From the sequence record MW845758.1: DNA of 64,000 bases. One strand, 5' to 3'. The position numbers were made by a program, and so were the translations under genes. Positions 1-5,382 of the stretch are shown here, piece after piece (positions within the stretch are counted from its first letter, which is position 1; each line of letters opens with the position of its first letter). The notes under the pieces are model-generated. The model saw nothing but the letters and a program-made list of their open reading frames with translations. It was not told the DNA's origin and ran no database searches.

Positions 1-10
1 AATTTGATTC

Positions 11-200
11 CATAGTGGTTGCCGCTCCTACGGAGCAAGCGGCCCGAGCGAAACGTCCACCCGGTGGCTGGTGTCCTGACGATGCATGCGATGATGGGGT
101 AACCCTGAGCTGCGAACTGTTAGGTGCCTGCGACTTACCGGAAGGTATCGTCCATACGTCGTTTCTCAATGGCTAGATAACGGTGGGCTTCGGCCCACCA
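11..200 (+). ncRNA. Candidate structured ncRNA A upstream of tRNA-Cys
   Basis: No ORF. Hairpins GCCGCT/AGCGGC (21-43), GGG-GTAA-CCC (96-105), TACC-GGAA-GGTA (136-147), GGTGGGC-TTCG-GCCCACC (182-199): GNRA and UUCG tetraloops. Confidence 0.5.
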
Positions 201-204
201 CACC

Positions 205-279
205 GGAGCAGTGGCTGAAAGGTTAGGCGGGTGATTGCAAATCACTTCCATGGCGGTTCAATTCCGTCCTGCTCCTCCA
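205..279 (+). tRNA. trnC: tRNA-Cys(GCA)
   Basis: Acceptor GGAGCAG/CTGCTCC, loop TT-GCA-AA, T-loop TTCAATT, U73 plus encoded CCA. Confidence 0.95.
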
Positions 280-301
280 ATTTGATTCTCTCGAGACTCG
301 A

Positions 302-472
302 ATGAAATTAAAGACCAAGTTGTACATCGCGGCTGCATTGTTCTTCATGCTGCTCGGTCACTTCGTTGGCCGAATCATGACACTCTTCGGTATCGTACTC
401 GTTATCGGCTTTGTCATCGTTCTGGCTTGGCCTGTCATCAGACGCTTTCTTCCGAAACGAAAAAGTATCTGA
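302..472 (+). CDS. Small membrane protein (56 aa), below the ORF-track cutoff
   Basis: ATG302 to TGA472 translates MKLKTKLYIAAALFFMLLGHFVGRIMTLFGIVLVIGFVIVLAWPVIRRFLPKRKSI: two hydrophobic segments with basic ends. Confidence 0.7.
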   Translation: MKLKTKLYIAAALFFMLLGHFVGRIMTLFGIVLVIGFVIVLAWPVIRRFLPKRKSI

Positions 473-534
473 TACGTACTGGGGACGTTCCCTCCGTACG
501 CACTCTCTCTTAAAACCTTTCAGGAAATAAAAAC

Positions 535-1365
535 ATGAGAAAGTTACTCATTGGGGTATTGGCATTTTTAAGCTTCTCGGTCATGGCAGGCGAAAACGTC
601 GTCATCACCACCGGACAGCAGGGCCTGACGTATAACTCCGTTTACGGGGTGAACTTAGCCGGCGCTCTGAACGAGTTCGGTAATAAGTCGCAGGTTATTC
701 CGTCCAAAGGTTCACTGGACAACCTCGACAAAGTCGCCGCGAACGAAGCCCAAATCGGTTTCACGCAGGCAGATGCTTTCCAGTTCTGGCGTGCTAAGCA
801 CCCGAACGAAGCACAGAACGTTGACATCGTTGGTCAACTGGCAAAAGAGTGCGTGTGGGTGGCTGTCAAGAAAGACGGCAAAATCACCAAAGCCTCTGAC
901 CTGACCAACGGTGCGAAGATTGCGGTCGGTGACCCTGATACCGGTTCATACGCCAGCTGGCAGTATCTGCAGCAACTGGTGAAAGAATACGGCAAAACAG
1001 AAACCTACGCCAAAGGCGGTATCCGTTCGCTGGCCAAAGTCGCCACAGGCGAATACGATGCGTTCTTGTGGGTATCGGCTTCCGGTAAGAACAACAAATT
1101 CCTGGACGCGGTCAACCAAGACAGCTCCGGTCTGCAATTGATTGACATGTCCACGTGGAACGTGAACGACAAACTGCCGAACGGTCAAGCCGTTTACACC
1201 AAAGAGACTGCGAAGGTTAACAGCAGCTTCTTCGGTGGCAATGTTGACGTACCGTGTACTACCACGTTGGTTGTGGCGAACAACAATTCTTCCGACGAGC
1301 TGTTGGATGCGGTCTCTACGATTCTCTTGAAGAATCAGGGTCGCGTTCTCGGCACGGCGAAGTAA
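535..1365 (+). CDS. TAXI-family (TRAP-associated) periplasmic solute-binding-like protein
   Basis: Signal peptide MRKLLIGVLAFLSFSVMA. Motifs ITTGQQGLTY, SKGSLDNL, IGFTQADA, IAVGDPDTGS typical of TAXI receptors. SD AGGA. Confidence 0.8.
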   Translation: MRKLLIGVLAFLSFSVMAGENVVITTGQQGLTYNSVYGVNLAGALNEFGNKSQVIPSKGSLDNLDKVAANEAQIGFTQADAFQFWRAKHPNEAQNVDIVGQLAKECVWVAVKKDGKITKASDLTNGAKIAVGDPDTGSYASWQYLQQLVKEYGKTETYAKGGIRSLAKVATGEYDAFLWVSASGKNNKFLDAVNQDSSGLQLIDMSTWNVNDKLPNGQAVYTKETAKVNSSFFGGNVDVPCTTTLVVANNNSSDELLDAVSTILLKNQGRVLGTAK

Positions 1366-2130
1366 CGGTTTTCATCGACTAGTCCGGTAGGGTTAATGTC
1401 CCTGCTGGAACGGGTGTCAGGGTTTCACCCAACTTTACCTGACGAACTGAGACCGTAAGCAGACCAGTAAGTCTTACGCAGTCGGAGCACACAAAGCACT
1501 ATCTCTGCGGAGGTAGGTGTTCTGCCCGTTACGGACAACCTCATTAGGTGCGTAAATGATTAGAGCTCTGGTCCATCATGCGCTTGGCCTTCTTCGGAAT
1601 GTCATGAGCAATATGCGACTCTGGAGACTCGATAGCTATTGGTTCACAGGCTGTGGGACTGTACGCCATAAACCTGTTTCGAGACAACTGTCTCCGACTC
1701 CGGTGTCCTTAACGGACGAAGGTCAAGCACCAGCCCATTAAGCTGGCTCGCTGACATAGGCAACCATCACCCACAATCTGAATGTAACTGATGGGATTGA
1801 GTTCCCAGATGCGAACGAGTAGCTGTGTGCTACTGAGCACCTCCCCGGGACTGCTGAGCAGCGGGGGAATAGGGCCAAAAGGAAAGTAATAGGGGTCGGT
1901 GCTTGGAGGCGCTAAGACCTGTCCGCGGACAGGCTCAGAAGAAGAAGTCCATCGACCCCCGTTTATCAGGAGTAGCAAAATGGCTGGAACCGCACTGATG
2001 GTTGTTGAGCAACCGAAAGATGAATACACGTTGCAACTGCGTAGCCCTTATCAGGACCCACGTCCGGGAATCCTGTTAACGCTGGCTTTGCTGTTAGCTG
2101 CGCTGGAACACCAATTACAGCAGTAACCGT
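1366..2130 (+). ncRNA. Candidate large ornate ncRNA B (~765 nt)
   Basis: Many nested helices with G-U pairs, e.g. 1384-92/1400-08, 1416-21/1438-43, 1484-90/1517-23, 1761-69/1996-2004, 1892-98/1953-59. No convincing long ORF. Lies directly before tRNA-Leu. Confidence 0.65.
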
Positions 2131-2146
2131 ATATATGCGAAACATT

Positions 2147-2231
2147 GCCGAGGTGGTGAAATTGGTAGATACAGGGGATTTAAAATCCCCCGGCTTAGGT
2201 CGTGCGGGTTCGACCCCCGCCCTCGGTACCA
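2147..2231 (+). tRNA. trnL: tRNA-Leu(TAA)
   Basis: GCCGAGG acceptor, GGGGA-TT-TAA-AA-TCCCC anticodon arm, long variable arm, TTCGACC T-loop, ACCA. No intron. Confidence 0.95.
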
Positions 2232-2232
2232 A

Positions 2233-2308
2233 GCAGGCATAGCTCAGTCGGTAGAGCGTCTGGTTTCCAACCAGAATGTCGTCAGTTCGAACCTGACTGT
2301 CTGCTCCA
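2233..2308 (+). tRNA. trnG: tRNA-Gly(TCC)
   Basis: TCTGG-TT-TCC-AA-CCAGA anticodon arm, U73, CCA. Confidence 0.95.
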
Positions 2309-2412
2309 AAATGTGATTACATGATTACACTGTTATATGCGAAGAGCATGTGTGTTAAGCTAAGCTGTTGTTTGTCAACGGTTTATCTTAGTTTATATGT
2401 ACAAGAATTATT

Positions 2413-2497
2413 GGCGGGTTACTCAAGCGGCAACGAGAGCAGACTGTAAATCTGTTGACTACGGTCTTCGGTGGTTCGAGTCCACCACACGCCACCA
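2413..2497 (+). tRNA. trnY: tRNA-Tyr(GTA)
   Basis: GCAGA-CT-GTA-AA-TCTGT anticodon arm, long variable arm, ACCA. Confidence 0.95.
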
Positions 2498-2503
2498 AAC
2501 AAC

Positions 2504-2579
2504 TTTCCGTTCATCTAGAGGCCTAGGATACGTCACTTTCACTGACGGTACACGAGTTCGAATCTCGTACGGAAAACCA
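2504..2579 (+). tRNA. trnE: tRNA-Glu(TTC), copy 1
   Basis: TTTCCGT/ACGGAAA acceptor, CGTCA-CT-TTC-AC-TGACG anticodon arm, ACCA. Confidence 0.93.
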
Positions 2580-2585
2580 AATACT

Positions 2586-2661
2586 TCTCCCATCGTCTAG
2601 AGGCCAAGGACCCCGGGTTTTCAGTCCGGTAACGCGAGTTCAAATCTCGCTGGGAGAACCA
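2586..2661 (+). tRNA. trnE: tRNA-Glu(TTC), copy 2 with a divergent body
   Basis: TCTCCCA/TGGGAGA acceptor, CCGGG-TT-TTC-AG-TCCGG anticodon arm, ACCA. Confidence 0.93.
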
Positions 2662-2671
2662 AACACAAGAA

Positions 2672-2775
2672 CGTAATCCTGCGGTGTGGTTAGTCGCCAC
2701 TACTAGCGGTTACGCGATACCCACTGCTGCGGGGAGTGTAATAGTGAGGCGGTTGACCCCGCCAAGCAAGCAGCG
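2672..2775 (+). ncRNA. Candidate structured ncRNA C (two long hairpins)
   Basis: CGTAATC(2672-78)/GGTTACG(2708-14) enclosing GTGG/CCAC. CTGCT..AGCAG enclosing GCGGGG/CCCCGC (about 2724-2773). Confidence 0.45.
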
Positions 2776-2783
2776 CGCAATTT

Positions 2784-2859
2784 AGGGGATTAGCTCAGCT
2801 GGCAGAGCACCGGTCTCCAAAACCGGGTGTCAAGTGTTCGAATCACTTATCCCCTGCCA
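2784..2859 (+). tRNA. trnW: tRNA-Trp(CCA)
   Basis: CCGGT-CT-CCA-AA-ACCGG anticodon arm, G73, CCA. Confidence 0.95.
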
Positions 2860-2865
2860 AAGTTT

Positions 2866-2942
2866 AGGACTGTAGCTCAGACGGTTAGAGTGCCGCCCTG
2901 TCACGGCGGAGGTCGCGGGTTCGAAACCCGTCAGTCCTGCCA
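2866..2942 (+). tRNA. trnD: tRNA-Asp(GTC)
   Basis: CCGCC-CT-GTC-AC-GGCGG anticodon arm, G73, CCA. Confidence 0.95.
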
Positions 2943-2959
2943 TTTTTAAGTTGTACAAA

Positions 2960-3035
2960 TGCGTCTTAGCTCAGTTGGTAGAGCGCACCCCTGATAAGGG
3001 TGAGGTCACTGGTTCAAGTCCAGTAGATGCAACCA
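2960..3035 (+). tRNA. trnI: tRNA-Ile(GAT)
   Basis: CACCC-CT-GAT-AA-GGGTG anticodon arm, ACCA. Confidence 0.95.
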
Positions 3036-3041
3036 AACAGT

Positions 3042-3116
3042 TGGGGCGTCGCCAAGCGGTAAGGCCCGGGGCTTTGATCCCCGTATGCACAGGTTCGATT
3101 CCTGTCGCCCCTGCCA
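3042..3116 (+). tRNA. trnQ: tRNA-Gln(TTG)
   Basis: CGGGG-CT-TTG-AT-CCCCG anticodon arm, G73, CCA. U1:U72 mismatch. Confidence 0.93.
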
Positions 3117-3120
3117 AACA

Positions 3121-3384
3121 ATGACACTGTCCCCATGCGTGCTTCGGCATAACGCGGAAGAGGGATGGCAGCCAATAAAAGCATCAGTCATTAACCGTAG
3201 CCTTCGGGTGTAGATGGTGAAGACCGCTAAGTGCAGCCTTTAGAACTCCGTGAGATTCGGAGCGGTGTCACCCTTTCAATGAACGTGCCACCCTAGCAGA
3301 ACTGAACGGACTTATCTCCTGCAGAGTGTCCCCGTTTGTGTTCTGTTCGGGCGGGCTGGTTTAGATACCAAGCGTTCACCCTTT
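3121..3384 (+). ncRNA. Candidate structured ncRNA D (three domains)
   Basis: ATGAC/GTCAT (3121/3191) enclosing a UUCG hairpin. GGTGA/TCACC (3216/3272) enclosing ACCGC/GCGGT. Rod GAACG/CGTTC (3281/3377) enclosing GCAGAAC/GTTCTGT. Confidence 0.55.
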
Positions 3385-3385
3385 T

Positions 3386-3461
3386 AGCTTCTTAGCTCAG
3401 TCGGTAGAGCAACCGAATCATAATCGGCAGGTCGGTGGTTCGAGTCCACCAGAAGCTACCA
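3386..3461 (+). tRNA. trnM: tRNA-CAT, probably elongator Met
   Basis: AGCTTCT/AGAAGCT acceptor, loop AT-CAT-AA, ACCA. Lacks the fMet C1:A72 mismatch and the E. coli Ile2 C4:G69/C5:G68 pairs. Confidence 0.85.
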
Positions 3462-3465
3462 GTAC

Positions 3466-3585
3466 ACACGTCAGAAGGATCATCCCCTCTTGACGAAACC
3501 AATAGGCGCGCGGGGTGTTAACGTTCAGGGCGAAGCAATCCTGAATGAAGTCGTCTGACATGTCAGGGGGCAAGCGGCCATTAAT
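3466..3585 (+). ncRNA. Candidate structured ncRNA E
   Basis: CGTCA(3469-73)/TGACG(3491-95) and TTCAGG(3524-29)/CCTGAA(3540-45) hairpins; palindrome CTGACATGTCAG. Confidence 0.35.
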
Positions 3586-3588
3586 TTA

Positions 3589-3664
3589 GACTCTGTAGTT
3601 CAGTCGGTAGAACGGTGGACTGTTAATCCATATGTCGCAGGTTCAAGTCCTGCCAGAGTCGCCA
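3589..3664 (+). tRNA. trnN: tRNA-Asn(GTT)
   Basis: GTGGA-CT-GTT-AA-TCCAT anticodon arm, G73, CCA. Confidence 0.95.
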
Positions 3665-3670
3665 CACAAT

Positions 3671-3789
3671 GGTGTTGTAGTACGTAGTCTCTTCAGAAGG
3701 TCCATGGTTCGAATCCTTGCTTGCCCTTAACGGGGTGTGTAGCTCAGAGCGGTCTAGAGCACCTGAAGAGAAGTATTGCAACGCCACCA
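3671..3789 (+). ncRNA. Circularly permuted tRNA-like RNA (YrlA/Y-RNA topology) ending in ACCA
   Basis: T-arm CATGG-TTCGAAT-CCTTG (3703-19) precedes a loop-closed acceptor-like stem (3720-39) and D-arm GCTC-AGAGCGGTCTA-GAGC (3742-60). Anticodon stem replaced by CTCTTCAG/CTGAAGAG plus a 13-bp terminal helix 3671-83/3773-85, then ACCA. Confidence 0.8.
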
Positions 3790-4096
3790 TCTTTGCGATG
3801 GGACAATCATCGAATGGCATTCCGGAAAAATTTCATTCAACCTAACACGTGCTGATTGTTCCAAAGCAAACACTATACAGACAGAAGCCGAATAGGTTTT
3901 TCTATCGCGCATACGCCCAGAGCCATTACTGGCTTCCGTCTGTTCCAAGTTTGTCAGTCAGGTAAGTTCGTTTTCCATTATGGATACTTGCTGTGTCAGC
4001 CTGACTGGCAATCCACATTAGCCCGCGCTAATAGGTGTCTGGGAATGACCCGCTCAGAGGCCACCCTTGAGTTAAGATTCGACTTCTAAAGCACCA
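3790..4096 (+). ncRNA. Candidate structured ncRNA G (~305 nt)
   Basis: 10-bp helices 3800-09/3853-62 and 3953-62/4000-09; 3877-82/3938-43 enclosing 3884-89/3931-36. 3' end has T-loop-like AGA-TTCGACT-TCT followed by GCACCA. Confidence 0.55.
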
Positions 4097-4107
4097 ATGC
4101 CAGGGTA

Positions 4108-4140
4108 CCCTTCTCCTTAACCGGAGAAGGGATTACTCTA
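4108..4140 (+). terminator. Probable terminator closing the RNA island
   Basis: CCCTTCTCC-TTAACC-GGAGAAGGG followed by an AT-rich tract. Confidence 0.6.
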
Positions 4141-4150
4141 TTTTATTTCG

Positions 4151-4170
4151 GATAGATGTAATCAATGTGA
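4151..4170 (+). promoter_or_regulatory. Putative early (virion RNAP) promoter motif
   Basis: GATAGATGTAATCAATGTGA, variant of GATAGA-TATTAT-N4-GTGA. Confidence 0.6.
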
Positions 4171-4212
4171 AGGAATATGCATTTCAACTAATCGACCATC
4201 AAGAGGCCCATC

Positions 4213-5301
4213 ATGAACGCACGCATGTCAAGCTACAATCCAAATGGTTCACCAAAAGTAGACGCTATCAGCAGTCTGCAGGCATTAGGTTATACCCTGC
4301 GTCAAGCAAAGAATATTCGTCCTTGGCTCCCCCGTCAATTCGGCATGGCAGGTAATGCGCTACCACGCGCTAACCTCGAGTTCTGGAAAGCGTATGAGAT
4401 AGTCAAGGACATGCAGAAGTACCAGAAGTCCAACGCACTCTCCCTCCAATTCGACGGAGCGAAAGGACAAACCTGCTTCACCTTTAACAACAACGAATTC
4501 TTGCGCTACAGAAGCCCCACCCTTGAGACAACAGTCTGGTCATTGGAGTTTGTACGTCATTTCGGTGACGGCCTGTGGCGTAGCGCTAACGACGTCTACG
4601 AGGGTGGTCCTCGTGCCCTCGAATACATCGGTGAGAACATCCGCTTGAAACGCGGTGAGCTGGCGAAAGCTATTGAGCTGATGGAAACCAAACCGCGGGG
4701 GTACGATATCAACTCTGACTACCAGTGGTTGCTCTGGGATAAGAACCAGTACATCGTCAATGCAACCGAGTCCGTGAAAACGTTCTGGATGATGGCAGCT
4801 ATCTGTCACTCTAACCTGACCGTGAGTAAAGGTTGGAACTTGCATCCAGAAGGACTGTTCATCACTAAGTACCAGTCCTTTGACCCATCTCGCTTTGCAT
4901 TCGGCTTGAAGACGTTGTGTGAACTCTACACAGCACCAGATGTGCTCAACACCGCAGGGTACCATTCCAGCAAAGAGCGTCTGATGCGTATGCACGCTAT
5001 CCAGATACTCCAGCAACGGAGTTTCATTTCCCTGATGGATGGGAATTTCCTGCCGGGTTTACACCTGAAAGGCAACAGCTTTATCTTTGAGAAAACCGCA
5101 GTAGAAGAAACAATGTCAGACTACGCCAACGTGCCTTCCGCGATGAGTGGTCTCTTCCCTTGCTTCTTATCCTCAACAGCGATGCAGACGTTTAACGGCA
5201 TCCCTGAGAACTACGCAACGATACTCCGTGTGCCTGAATCGCTGACCCAAGTTTATACACCGGGTGAGTGGACAGACGCGGTGCGTAACGTATTCCGTTA
5301 A
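4213..5301 (+). CDS. Hypothetical protein (362 aa), probably early
   Basis: SD GAGG, long ORF between the promoter motif and a terminator. No recognisable motif. Confidence 0.85.
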   Translation: MNARMSSYNPNGSPKVDAISSLQALGYTLRQAKNIRPWLPRQFGMAGNALPRANLEFWKAYEIVKDMQKYQKSNALSLQFDGAKGQTCFTFNNNEFLRYRSPTLETTVWSLEFVRHFGDGLWRSANDVYEGGPRALEYIGENIRLKRGELAKAIELMETKPRGYDINSDYQWLLWDKNQYIVNATESVKTFWMMAAICHSNLTVSKGWNLHPEGLFITKYQSFDPSRFAFGLKTLCELYTAPDVLNTAGYHSSKERLMRMHAIQILQQRSFISLMDGNFLPGLHLKGNSFIFEKTAVEETMSDYANVPSAMSGLFPCFLSSTAMQTFNGIPENYATILRVPESLTQVYTPGEWTDAVRNVFR

Positions 5302-5307
5302 TTTAAG

Positions 5308-5333
5308 AAAGAGCCTCCGGGCTCTTTTTTTTT
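5308..5333 (+). terminator. Rho-independent terminator
   Basis: AGAGCC-TCCG-GGCTCT plus T run. Confidence 0.85.
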
Positions 5334-5382
5334 ATTTTTTACTTCATGTACGGTTTCTTATAGAAGGCGATAGGAGACCTCA

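Noticed and set aside
50-82. Hammerhead-like GAAAC and CTGACGA (also CTGACGA at 1439-45)
   Set aside because: Stems I-III cannot be built around a valid NUH cleavage site.
2686-2714. GTGGTTAG..GCCAC resembling pistol ribozyme P1
   Set aside because: No matching pseudoknot partner, P2/P3 or conserved downstream core; a simple long hairpin fits better.
3671-3789. Reading the permuted element as a splicing-matured permuted tRNA gene (red-algal or archaeal type)
   Set aside because: No anticodon loop can be rebuilt and no bulge-helix-bulge is evident; the stem continues into a CCA-ended helix, so a mimic fits better.
1556-4089. Short track ORFs across the RNA island (1556, 1709, 1966, 2397, 3006, 3623, 3754, 3856)
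   Set aside because: They overlap tRNAs or structured RNA, lack SD sequences and have no coding-like composition.
1-4130. Canonical tmRNA, RNase P RNA, SRP or 6S RNA
   Set aside because: None of the complete consensus sets (tmRNA ends with a tag ORF, RNase P CR-I to CR-V in order, SRP helix 8) is present; only partial resemblances, reported above as speculative.
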